Positions 37,901-50,068 of a stretch of 64,000 bases of DNA are shown one piece after another; position 1 is the first letter of the stretch; every line of letters begins with the position of its first letter. This stretch comes from Heterodontus francisci (lineage: Eukaryota). The notes below the pieces were generated by a model. That model was given only the letters and a program-made list of their open reading frames with translations. It did not search any database and was not told where the DNA came from. The stretch is taken from positions 16,526,945 through 16,590,944 of the forward strand of contig NC_090416.1 of assembly GCF_036365525.1 (NCBI RefSeq), in the 5' to 3' direction. A program made the translations under genes and the position numbers.

Positions 37901-39290
37901 GCCTTCCGTCAGTGGTAGGGAAACTATTAAAGAGGATTATACGGGACAGGATTTACTCCCATTTGGAAACAAACGAACTTATTAGTGAGAGACAGCATGG
38001 CTTTGTGAAGTGGAGGTTGTGTCTTACTAATTTGATTGAGTTTTTTGAGGAAGTGACGAAGATGATTGATGAAGGAAGGGCAGTGGATGTTATCTATATG
38101 GACTTTATTAAAGCCTTTGAGAAGGTCCCGCATGGCAGACTGGTACAAAAGGTAATGTCACATGGGATCAGATGTGAGCTGGCAAGATGGATACAGAACT
38201 GGCTCGGTCATAGAAGACAGAGGGTATCAGTGGATGGGTGTTTTTCTGAATGGAGGGATGTGACTAGTGGTGTTCCGCAGGGATCAGTGCTGGGACATTT
38301 GCTGTTTGTAGTATATATAAATGATTTGGAGGAAAATGTCGCTGGTCTGATTAGTAAGTTGGCGGACGACACAAAGGTTGGTGGAGTTGCGGATAATGAT
38401 GAGGATTGTCAGAGGATACAGCTGGATATAGATCGGTTGGAGACTTGGGCGGAGAAATGGCAGATGGAGTTTAATCTGGACAAATGTGAGGTAATGCATT
38501 TTGGAAGGACTAATGCAGGTGGGAGGTATACAGTAAATGGCAGAACCCTTAGGAGTATTGACAGACAGAGAAATCTGGGCGTTTCGGTCCACAGGTCACT
38601 GAAAGTGGCAACGCAGGTGGATAAGGTAGTCAAGAAGGCATACGGCATGCTTGCCTTCATTGGTCGGGGCATAGAGTATAAAAATTGGCAAGTCAAGTTG
38701 CAGCTGTACAGAACCTTAGTTAGGCCACACTTAGAATATTGCGTGCAATTCTGGTCGCCACACTACCAGAAGGACGTGGAGGCTTTGGAGAGGGTACAAA
38801 GGAGGTTTACGGATGCTGCCTGGTCTGGAGGGCATTAACTATGAGGAGAGGTTGGAAAAAGTCGGATCGATTTCACTGGGACGACGGAGGTGGAGGGGCG
38901 ACATGATCGAGGTTTACAAAGTTATGAGCGGCATGGACAGAGTGGATAGTCAGAAGCTTTTTCCCAGGGTGGAAGAGTCAGTTACTAGGGGACATAGGTT
39001 TAAGGTGCGAGGGGCAAAGTTTAGAGGGGATGTGCGAGGCAAGTTTTATACACAGAGGGTGGTGAGTGCCTGGAACTTGCTGCCAGGGGAGGTGGTGGAA
39101 GCAGATACGATAGCGATGTTTAAGAGACATCTTGACAAATACTTGAATAGGAAGGGAATAGAGGGATATGGGCCCCGGAAGTGCAGAAGGTTTTAGTTTA
39201 GGCAGGCATCAAGATCGGTGCAGGCTTGGAGGGCCGAATGGCCTGTTCCTGTGTGGTACTGTTCTTTGTTCTTGTTCTTTGTTCTCTCTG
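34921..39290 (+). mobile_element. Full-length CR1-clade LINE, disabled (unit 3)
   Basis: Same element, several stops and frameshifts. Confidence 0.95.
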
Positions 39291-40804
39291 TCNNNNNNNN
39301 NNNNNNNNNNNNNNNNNNNNNNNNNNNNNNNNNNNNNNNNNNNNNNNNNNNNNNNNNNNNNNNNNNNNNNNNNNNNNNNNNNNNNNNNNNNNNNNNNNNN
39401 NNNNNNNNNNNNNNNNNNNNNNNNNCTCGCTCTATCTATTTGTCTGTCTGTTTATCTCTATCTATTTGTCTGTCTGTCCATCTCTATCTATCTGTCTGTC
39501 CATCTCTGTCTGTCTGTCTGTCTATCCCTCAGTACTGACCCTTTGACAGTGCGGCACTCCCTCAGTACTGACCCTTTGGGAACTGAATATTCCAGGGTAT
39601 TTGACAGTTTGGAATGACACGAAGCAAGGAAAAGGAGGTGGTGAAGCTCAGTTAATAAAGGATGAGATCAGTACAGTCGTGAGAAATGATCTTGGCTCAG
39701 AAAATCAAGATGTGGAATCAGTTTGGGTGGAGATATGAAATAGCAAAAATTCATACAGGAGCTGCACTGTGGGACAGAGTATAAATCAAGAAATAAGGGG
39801 GGCTTGTAAGGAAAATACTGCAGTAATCCTGGGTAATTTTAATCTTCATATAAATTGGAGTAATCAAACTGGTAAAGTTAGATAGAGGATGAGTTCATGG
39901 AGTGTACTCAGGACAGTTTCTTAGAACAATACATTCTGGAACCAACACGGGAGCAGGATATTTTAGACCTGGTAATGTGTAAGGAGACGGAATTAAATAA
40001 TGACCTCTTAGTAAAGGAAGAATAGAAAAGCAGAATATTATTTACATGGAGAGAGACTGCAGAATGCTGCAGTACAGAGGGATCTGGGTGTCCTTGTACA
40101 TGGATCACAAAATGTTAACATGCAGGTTCAGCAAGTAATTAGGAAGAGAAATGGAATGTTGGTATTTATTGCAATAGGAATGGAGTATAAAAGTAGGGAC
40201 ATCTTGCTACAACTGTACCGGGTATTGGTGAGACTGCACCTAGAATACTGCATACAGTTTTGGTCTCCTTATTTAAGGAGGGATATACTTGCATTGGACG
40301 CAGTTCAGAGAAGGTTCACTTGGCTGATTCCTGGGATGAAGGGATTGTCTTATCAGGAAAGGTTGAGCAGGTTGGGCCTGTTTAGAGTTTAGAAGAATGA
40401 GAGGTGATCTTATTGAAATGTGTAAGGTTCTGAAGGGGTTTGACGGGGTAGATACTGAGAGGATGTTTCCCCTCGTGGGGGAATCTAGAACTAGGGGGAA
40501 CAGTTACAGAATACGGGGTCTCCCATTTAAGACGGAGATGAGGAGGAATTTCTTCTCTGAGGGTCATTAATCTTTGGAATTCTCTTCCCCAGGGAGCAGT
40601 GGAGGCTGGGTCATTGAATATATTCAAGGCTGAGTTGGAGAGTTTTTTGATCTACAAGGGAGTTGATGGTTATGGTGGGGGGCAGACAGGAAAGTGGAGA
40701 TAAGGTCACAATCAGATCATCCGTGATCTTATCGAATGGCAGAACAGGCTCGAGGGGCCGAATGGCCTTCTCCTGTTCTTATTTCTTATGCTTTTATGTT
40801 GAAG

Positions 40805-41089
40805 ATATCGTACCTGCTGTATTCAATAGCTGTCCAGGTCTTTAAAGCCCAAAGTGGCCGTAACTGTTCCCATCTGTGCAGAGACACCTTGGCAGTAATA
40901 TAATATAATGAAAATGGCCTGGCTGAAACTCCCCGGGTCTGGATATCTCAGTACAGATCGGGGAAGGGGTGGTGGGAGTGCTGGAATCTGGGTCTTCCCA
41001 GCAAGTGTCCTGTAAGGGAACTGAATGACCTCAACGAAGGAACGAGTTCACAGAGGGAGATGAGGCTGATGTGATTGTAGTGTGTGCGA
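40805..41089 (+). pseudogene. Decayed V-like exon (unit 3)
   Basis: Copy of 8630-8914. Confidence 0.5.
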
Positions 41090-44000
41090 ACAAGAGGAGG
41101 CCATTCAGCCCTTCGAGACTGCTGTGCCATTCCATTAGATCATAGCTGGTCTGTACCTTAACCCCATATACCCTGCTTTAGCTCCATAGTCCTTGCTGCC
41201 CTTACCCAATAAAAATCTATCAACCACAATCTTTATAACTCCAATTTTTAATGAAGTGCATTTCTATAGCGTCTTTCACAACCTCAGGATGTTCCCAAAG
41301 TGCTTCGCAGCCAATGAAATACCTTGAAAAGCAATGTTGGGAAATGAAGACTGGGATGTAGAGCAGGAGGAGTTCAGTTCAGTTCTCCTGAGGGGCCCAG
41401 TCCAGATAATGGGTTGTTTTGTTATAAATGTGTGACGTGTCCAAGAATGTAACCGTTTAACGGTGTTTCTCGGATTTCCGTCCTGTTTCTGTGTGTTTCA
41501 GAGCAGGGGAACTGGGGCCAGATGCTGCTGCTCTCTGCTGCTTATCAGACAGTGAACAGGGAGGTTTCGGTTCCTCCCCGGGGCTCCTCTCCCACCCCCT
41601 GCAGCGAGTGACCACACCACCTGCACCACATCACAAACAAGACAAAAACAGCATCGATTTGGGTATCAGGATCTAAAATAAGGCTTTCAGAACACCGCCC
41701 AGGTCCCCTGTGGTTGATGACGAGGGCCTGATCTGAGCTGCATTCAGTGCCATTCTCAGACCCAGTCTGGAACCTGGCTGTTCGGCCATGTGAATCATCA
41801 ACATTGTGGATTTAACTGGACGGATAAACGTTTGATTGCCTTTAAGATACTCCTTAAAACCTACCTCTTTGACCGAGCTTTTGGTCACCTGCTCTAATAT
41901 CTCCGAATGTGGCTCAGCATTAAACTTTGTTTGCTGACACTCCTTGCGACGTTTTATTACATTAAAGGCGCCATATAAATGCAGATTGGTTGTTGTTTGC
42001 AAATGACAATTCGTTGAAGACCTTAATAACTAACCGACTGCAGGCCATGAAGTACATCAACTAAAGCCACAATTAAAACTCAAGGCTTCTGATGTAAGTA
42101 CAGTACTGAAGGAATACCGCACTGCCGGAGGGGCTATCTGTCACTTGGAATCTGCCCTCTGTTAAAGATACTGCAACCCCTATTTAGAAAAAGAGTTGGG
42201 AATTCTCCCCCATCCCCGTGTCTTGGCTGATATTTATCCTTCAATCAATATCACAAAAAAAAATCACCTGGGTCATTATCTCATTGTTATGTGTGTGGGA
42301 TCATGCTGTGCACAAATTGGCTGCTGTGTTTCCTACATTACAACAGTTGACTAGACTTCAAAAAAAAATACTTGGTTGGCTGTAAAGCGCTGTGGGACAT
42401 TCTGAAGCTGTGAAAGGAGGCTCACTGTCACCTTCTCAGGGGGACAACTAGTGATGGACAATAAATGGCTGGTCTTACCAGAGATGCCCACATCTCGAGA
42501 ATGAAGAAGTGCAGGTTCTGTCTCTCTGGACGCTGTGATGTCCCCTTGTAAAACATATTGAAACTAAATAGTTCTAAAAACATCTGCATAAATACAGCAT
42601 CCTCAGACTCGAGATGGGGATTAAACCTGCATTTAATACCTCTTTCAGTGCGTGGCCCCTTTAAGGTGTGCTGAGGGACTGGGCTTTTCCAGCACTCTCT
42701 GTCCATTTACTCTTTGAGGTGATGCAACCGATACCCACTCCACAGCCGGAGGCTCAGTTAACAGCCCTTCCCTCTTATGGCCCCTAGTTCTGCTCTCACC
42801 CGCAAGTGGAAACGTCTCGCCTTATCGAGTCCTTTCATAACCTTAAAGGGCTCCATCAGGTCCTACCCTCCCCCCCTCTCAGTCTTCTCTTTTCAACCTA
42901 TCCTGGTAGCCTATCTCAGTACTGGTACCATCCCAGCACATCTTTTCTTGCACCTTCTCCAGTGTCATTTTATAACATGGAGACAGGAACAGTGCACAGT
43001 AATTCCAAGTGTGGTTTAACTGAGGTTCCCTACAAGTTTGACTTAATGTATCTGCTTCTCAATTCTATCCCTCGAGAAATTAACCCCGGTGTTTGGATTG
43101 CTTTTTATAAGGCCTTATTCAGCAGCATTGCTGCAGTTACTCTATAACCCTCGATCCACAACCCAATTTAGACTCTTTCTTCCCCACCTCCCCCTCCCTC
43201 CAGGACTAGGTGACCTCATTCATCCTCCCAAAAAGTAGCACCTCACACTTATCCATACTGACCTTCATTTGCCAATTACACACCCATTCTGCATGTCACT
43301 TCATGTCCTGTCATTTGTGATGGACCTAATATTAACTGCAGCCTCCCCCAATTTGGAGTCATCAGCAAACTCTCAAATTGTACCTGGGGCTAGTCTGTCC
43401 CGTGCCATCCCATCTCTCGGACCGGGATAGTGAGCAGTTCTCCCTGGGAGGGACGGTATTTTATTCCAAACAGAGGCTTTTCCTGTAAATCACATACAAT
43501 GATGGTCTAGTATGGGAGAAACTACACTTTAGGATGGGAGGGTTGTTGAGAGGGTGCAGAGGAGGTTGACCGGAATGGTTCCAGGGATGGGGGAATTCTA
43601 GTGATAAGGTCAGCCTGGAGAAGCTGGGATTGTTTTCCTTGGAGCGAAGGAGATTGCAGGGAGATTTAATAGAGGTGGACAAGATTATGACAGATCTGGA
43701 TAGAGTAGACAAGGAAAAACAGTTCCCATTAACTGATGGTACTAGGGCTAGGGGACACATATTGAACGTTTTGGGCAAGGGATACAAGGGGGGGGGGGAG
43801 GATGTGAGGAAGAATTTATTTATTTTTAAATGCAGTGAGTGACAATGACCTGGAACTCAGTGCCTACCAGAGTGGTGGAAGCTGGAGACAATGATTTCAG
43901 TAACAAACTGGGGTGGGGGAGGGGACACTTGAAGGAAATAAATTCGCAGGGGGCCACGGGGGTGCGGAGAGTGGGACTGACTGGATTGCACTACGGGGAG

Positions 44001-44232
44001 CTGGCACGGACCCGAGGGGCCGAATAGCCTCCTTCTGTGCCAGAAATGAAATCGAATTCGTTTAAAATAGTTAACTCTGCTTGAATATTTTTTTTTAAAT
44101 CTGCCCAAAAGAAAATTCCTCTAATCGCCATTATTCGTACAGTTAACCACTGACTTGCACCAATATCCACCTCAACTCCCCCCCTCCCCCCTCCCCACAA
44201 AAAATAACAGAGCAATTTGAATTCATGTCATC

Positions 44233-44238
44233 TTTATT
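44233..44238 (-). terminator. Probable poly(A) signal, cluster 3
   Basis: AATAAA at the equivalent position. Confidence 0.65.
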
Positions 44239-44567
44239 AAAACAGCCACACACAGAGAGATACACTTTTCAATTCTAACAAATGGTACTACTGAGAGAAA
44301 GGAGAGAGGGAGCAGAACCCATCCAGCTCCAAATGGGAATGTACTCCCGGGATAGGTGGTCCTGATATTCACTGTCACCCACCTGCGCCCCCCAGTTAAA
44401 ATTGGATCCAAAATTGGATCGTTAAACTGCGATTGAAGTGACTGTTTCAACATCGTTGGCCACATTTGCTACAGTGATTACATTGTAAAACAACAACAAC
44501 AACATTCCACATATTGAATAATATTTCATCAGCAATAAATCAAACTCTAAACCCCAGTTGCCCCCTC

Positions 44568-44896
44568 TCAGTCGGAACAAGCGGTGGAGCTGATGGTTTT
44601 GAGGAGAGGTGAGCTCAGAGAGCCGTGGTCCACACTGCAGGTATAGCTGGAGCCCTTATTCCAGGCAGTGGCGGGGACTCTCAGGTAACTGCTCAGGCTG
44701 TAGGTTTGATCACTGTCCGTGGACACGGTGCCTGTGGTCACCCCGCTGTCTGTCTCTTTATCATCCACTCTCCAGAGAACCCGCACGAAACCCGGCTTAA
44801 AGCGGCTCACCAGGCAGGACAGAGTAGCCCATCCCGAGTCTATTTCTTCCGAGGAAGGAGGGAGCAGGAGAACTGATGGTTTCCGATCCTCACTAC
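44568..44896 (-). CDS. IgL cluster 3 C exon
   Basis: 329 nt; protein identical to cluster 1. Confidence 0.97.
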
Positions 44897-46242
44897 CTGT
44901 GTGTGTGAGAGACAGGGTGGAAGAAAGGAATCTCACTGTTAGTATCAATCATTTTTTCTAAAAGGCACATCCAGAATTAGTAACACATACTATAATTTAA
45001 AACAAACATTTAACTTGACTTCAGACTTAGGTAGAGACAGTAAATAATACAATAGCCTGAGTGTTTCCAGCACTCGATTTCAGATTTCCAGCATCTGCAG
45101 GATTTTGCTTTGATTGGATTAAAATTAAATATTTAGTCCAATCTTAACTCCCTGTCAATTGAGAGCTGGACTTGTACATGGATTCGAGACATTCAGATAA
45201 ATTAATTAACTGAATATTAAATACAACAGACAATATCGAATTGTTTAAAATTCAGGGGCAGATTAAAATCAAAAGTTTAAAAATTGAGGAAGTTTCACAT
45301 TTCGGATAGGCTGTACTGGAGGTCTTATGGAGGTGCTCGGAGTATGTATTGGGAGTAACTCAACCTCCCAGATCCACACTCAGAGTTCGGTGATCACCTC
45401 ACCAGGAAAAATTCTTTATTTAAAAAAAAAGAGTTTTAAAAGTAATAAAGTTCGGGGCGGTTTCCATTTAGAAAGTAGGTTAGAAACTTCACATGAACGA
45501 ACGACAGTCGGAAGGAGGGGGCTGGGAAGGGAGACGGGGACTGGGGGGTAGAGAGACCGGGTGCGTTAGGAACAGACAAGATGGGGGGGGGGGGGGGGGG
45601 AGGGGGCGCAGAATGAGGCCATTCGGTCCATCGAGTCCCTGCCGCAGCCTAACCCACTTCCCAACTTTGGGAGTCTTTTTTTGAGGTGGGGGAGGGGGTG
45701 CTAGTGTCAAACTCGACCCCCTTTGAGTGTGAGTAAAATTCCTGTTTGTAAATCTTCCAGCAACACCCGGGCAGGCTCGCTATTTATACAACAGTGCAGC
45801 GAATAGACGGAGAAGTCCACACCTGCACACCGCAGACCTGGCCGAACAGACTCGAGGGGCTGAATGGCCTTTCTCCCCTGTTCATTCTGCATTTTTTTTT
45901 GCCAATGGAGTTTTTCCTCGGTTCTGAGGAAAGGTCAGAGACCCGAAACTGTTCACCGTTTCTCCCTCTCTCTCCGCAGAGGCTGCCCAGACCTGCTGAG
46001 TATTTCCAGCATCTTCTGTTTTTTTTATTTCAGATTTCCAGCATCCGCAATTGTTTTGCTGCTATTTTAGTGTTTATTTTTCTACCCTCCAGAATCCAAA
46101 TTCCCAGCACTGAATCAGTGGACAGAAAAATAAAAATCTGACCCAATTTGTTTTCACCGTTATCAGGGCAGATCCGATTCTGCAACAATAAATGAATAAA
46201 TAATTGAAACAATATGAATGATAGGATGAGGGAATTACTTAC

Positions 46243-46279
46243 TCCGTAAACTCAGGGCGGTCCCAGGTCCGAAGGTAAA
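46243..46279 (-). CDS. IgL cluster 3 J segment
   Basis: Identical to cluster 1 J. Confidence 0.96.
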
Positions 46280-46318
46280 CACAGTGCAGTGTTTTAATGG
46301 GACGGGTCACCTAAAACC
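46280..46318 (+). other. J RSS, 23-bp spacer (cluster 3)
   Basis: CACAGTG + 23 + CCTAAAACC. Confidence 0.88.
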
Positions 46319-46629
46319 CAGGCTTGGAAGAGGGGAAAATATTAATAATCAGTCCTTTATCACATTCCCTTTCACATTCTGCCTTTCACAGGGGCCGGAA
46401 TGCTGAGAGTCTGGAGAAAGATTTTCACATATCAGTGAGGAAACCCTGAGAATATCAGTGTTTACCTACCCAGCTAATAGTCCAAATATTGGGGAAAATC
46501 CAAATAAACCCATGGAAACCCAGTGAGATTTTCCACAAGTTACATAAGGAATATTTCTGAAGCTCATTCCACAGTCTCAGGCAGGAATATTTCAGTAGCT
46601 GTTGGAATTCTGAGTGGTTCTGTTGATAC

Positions 46630-46657
46630 AGTTTTTGTATTGCCCTGTCTCACTGTG
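46630..46657 (-). other. V RSS, 12-bp spacer (cluster 3)
   Basis: CACAGTG AGACAGGGCAAT ACAAAAACT. Confidence 0.96.
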
Positions 46658-46986
46658 TATGTAGCCTGCTGAGTCATCCCAGGCAGCACAGTAATAGACG
46701 GCGGAGTCTCCCGGTTCCAAGCTGCCGATGGTCAGAGTGTGACTGTTACTGGAGGTGTCTCTGGAAGGTTTAAAACGGTCCGTGAAGCCGGTGCCTCGAT
46801 AGATTTCACCATCTGTAGAGTGGTATAACACGAACACCGGAGCCTCCCCGGGTCTCTGTCGGTACCAGCTCATGTAGTAACTGCCCATTTTGCCGTTCTG
46901 CATCGCACACTTTAACTCGGAGGTCTCACCGGTGGAGACTGGGTCTGAAATTGGGGTCTGATTGAGGACAGGAACCGCCAGGACAC
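46658..46986 (-). CDS. IgL cluster 3 V exon
   Basis: Open V domain, 329 nt; CDR1 NGKMGSYY, CDR2 region YHSTDGEIY, ends CAAWDDSAGYI. Confidence 0.97.
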
Positions 46987-47152
46987 CTTCAACACAAAAC
47001 ACAAGAGAGAGAAAAAAAACACATTCAGTTTATTGGAGCAAAAAAAACACACTGATAAATAAACAGGCCGGGCTACCAAATCCCTTTGCTTCCTAATCTA
47101 ATGGTTTACAAATGAATAATTGAGTAACGTTCTGTTAACATAAGTCTCTCAC

Positions 47153-47201
47153 CTGTTAAATGGAGTAGCAGGGTCCCCAGGAGATACATTACTGCAGCCA
47201 T
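47153..47201 (-). CDS. IgL cluster 3 leader exon
   Basis: Same 49-nt leader, GT donor. Confidence 0.93.
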
Positions 47202-47249
47202 TCCCTCCGGGGGGGGGGAAAAACCCGTGAAGAATTAGAGAGCAGGGTT

Positions 47250-47475
47250 TTACTGTAACTCCAGAAAGTGGATCCAGTTACAGTGCCGGACAAGGTGAGA
47301 CCAGTATCTATTATATGAACCTGTATGCAAATACAGGGAGGGTTGAGAGGAGCAGGGGCGGCGGGGGGGTGGGGGGGGGGTGGGGTGGTGGACCAGACCA
47401 GATTTTTTTTATTGAGCCTCTATTGGTCCCCAATTAAACATTTCCATGTATTTATTTCCACCGAGTTGAGGGTTA
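47250..47475 (-). promoter_or_regulatory. IgL cluster 3 V promoter (octamer 47325-47332)
   Basis: Same sequence as the cluster 1 promoter. Confidence 0.85.
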
Positions 47476-48320
47476 ATTCACAATAATTTCTGATTTCAAC
47501 CCCCCCCCCCCCCCCACTTCTCATGTCAAGAGTGTGAGATTTAAAAGAACAACTGTAGAAATTGCACATTTTATCCCAGATGGGCAAAGACAAAAGCCCT
47601 TCAGAATCCAGTGCCTTGAATTCATCCAGAACAAGTTTAACCCAGCGATCGTTAAGGATTTGTTTTTTTTATATTTGGGTCTGCAATGTGTACTTAAACA
47701 CATATCTTTATATCCAACACGCTGGTGTTTGCAACAAAGCAGTTCATTGGAAGGATTGGAATGGAAGAGATTGACTGGACTGCTTCTCTCAGCTGCTCTT
47801 TTTTCCTATCCGCCACTGTACAAGTGCACTGCTTGTCCTGGCGTTTGAGCCGAGTGTAGGGTCAAAACACTCGTTTCTCACTCAGGCCGACGTTCAGAAA
47901 CAGCCAGAATCAACTCCAATATCCGTTTTAATTGGTAATGCAACGAGGAGTGAGATTCTGACCGGGCAAGCTGACTGCTCGGCTAGTTTCTGTGTTGTGT
48001 CCGGATCCTGTGTTAAGTCCAGTTTCAATGAAATGTGTTTTCCTGCTGCAACAGTTCCTGCCCTGACTTTTTTTTTGTTGCAACTAAACCACATGTATCG
48101 GAACCCCAGTCCCAGGAATACATTTGTTTTAACATTCCATTTCAGATGTTTTATGTCAATCACTCGATGCCAAGGGAAAACTTGCAACAAGTTGCCCGTG
48201 AGAGGAGTTAGTTTCTTTAAAATGAATATTTTCTATCTTTTTATTTAAAATTCACTTAATTGGATGTGGACATCACTTGGCCCTGCCCGCATTTATTGCC
48301 CATCCCTCATTGCCGTTGAG

Positions 48321-48672
48321 GGCGGCACAGTGGCGCAGTGGTCAGCACTACAGCCTCACAGCTCCACGAACCCGGGTTCGATTCCGGGTACTGCCTGTGT
48401 GGAGTTTGCAAGTTCTCCCTGTGTCTGCGTGGGTTTTCTCCGGGTGCTCCGGTTTCCTCCCACAAGTCAAAAGACTTGCAGGTTGATAGGTAAATTGGCC
48501 ATTATAAATTGTCACTAATGTAGGTTGGTGGTAGGGTAATATAGGGACAGGTGGGGATGTTTGGTAGGAATATGGGATTAGTGTCGGATTAGTATAAATG
48601 GGTGGTTGATGTTCGGCACAGACTCGGTGGGCCGAAGGGACTGTTTCATTGCTGTATCTCTAATCTAATCTA
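48321..48672 (+). mobile_element. tRNA-derived V-SINE (HE1-like), same insertion site
   Basis: Orthologous copy of 31714-32065. Confidence 0.88.
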
Positions 48673-49665
48673 AAGGTGGTGGTGGAGCCGCCTTCTTGAA
48701 CTGCTACAGTGCAGTGGTTTTTGTACAACAGAACTGAGGGCAGTTAAGAGTCAACCACATTACCGTGGGTCTGGAGTCACGAGTCGGCCAGACCAGGTGA
48801 GGACGGCAGATTTCCTCCCCTAAAAGGACATTTGTGAACCAGATGGTTTTTTGTTAATGAACATTCAATTTATGGTCACCATTACTGAGACTAGGTTTCA
48901 ATTCCAATTTTTCTTTTAATTAATTAGTTGAATTTAAATTCCATGGTGGGATTTGAACTCGTGTCTCCAGAGCATTATCCTGGGCCTCTGGATTAGTAAT
49001 ATCTAGTGACATTACTACTCCACCTTGTGATGGATCAATATTAATTCTAGAAATGTGATAGGATTTGAGCCAGTGAAAGGGAGAGTGTGGGAAGAAGAAC
49101 AGCAGGGAAGGTCTGTGACACGGGTGGAGGGCAGGAGAGATTAGATGACAAAAAGGGTTTCAAGGTGCAAAGCCAAAGGGAGTGGTAATGAGAGATGTGT
49201 CTGGAGGAGGTGTGAATGGCAGGATCAGAACACAAGGTAAAGGAAATAAGAGGTCAACAAGAGAGATAAACTAACAAATCAGCAAAGAAAAGGGCAACAA
49301 AAATGAGGGCGGGGGAGGGTTACAAACTAAAATTGTTGAATTCAGTGTTGAGTCTGGAAGGTTGTAGAGTGCCCAATCGAAAGATGAGGTGCTGTTCCTG
49401 CAGTTAGCCTCCGATTACTGACGTGTTCAGTCAAGTCAGTGTCGACTAGCTGCCCCCTAGACAGAGAATTTGACCCCTCCACCACTAAAAATCCATTTCT
49501 GATTGGTCTCCACAGCAGAAACAGACCCATCTCCCTCCCCTCCCACCAGGCAGATTCTCTGGGTCATTTTCAACTAACCCTAACCTGCATTACTATAGAG
49601 ACCTCAGGATGTCCTAAAGACAGAAAAATAAACACCTGTTTTGAAGTCTGGTCATTGTAACATCG

Positions 49666-49828
49666 TAACCCAATGCACAATGGAAATAAATATTTGGAAA
49701 TGATTAATCAGGGACAAATATATTTTTAATAAAGTGTTTTCCCCTGCTCCCCTTGACCCCCTCCCTGTATTTGCATATTGACTAATATATAGATACTAGT
49801 CTTCTCCGGGTTCCCGGAGTTACAGTAA
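49666..49828 (+). promoter_or_regulatory. Inverted paralogue of IgL V promoter (octamer 49769-49776)
   Basis: Same blocks as 570-732. Confidence 0.88.
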
Positions 49829-49966
49829 TCTTGTTGAAGTGAAAGCACAATTGCTAAATGTGTGAGAAGCTGAACTCAGCTTTGCCCATGTAGTTGAATG
49901 GAGAGTGCACACATGTAGTTAAATGGAGTCATCCACGTATGTAGTTGAATGGAGTGTGCCAGTGTG

Positions 49967-50068
49967 AGTTCCGAAGAAGGGTCACTGACCCGAAACGTTA
50001 ACTCTGCTTCTCTTTCCACAGATGCTGCCAGACCTGCTGAGAGAATCCAGCATTTCTTGTTTTTGTTG
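49967..50068 (+). mobile_element. Unit-specific 102-bp Penelope-like terminal fragment with minimal hammerhead fold
   Basis: Absent at the equivalent site in the other three units; GAGTT CCGAAGA A GGGTC ACT GACCC GAAAC GTT AACTC. Confidence 0.8.
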
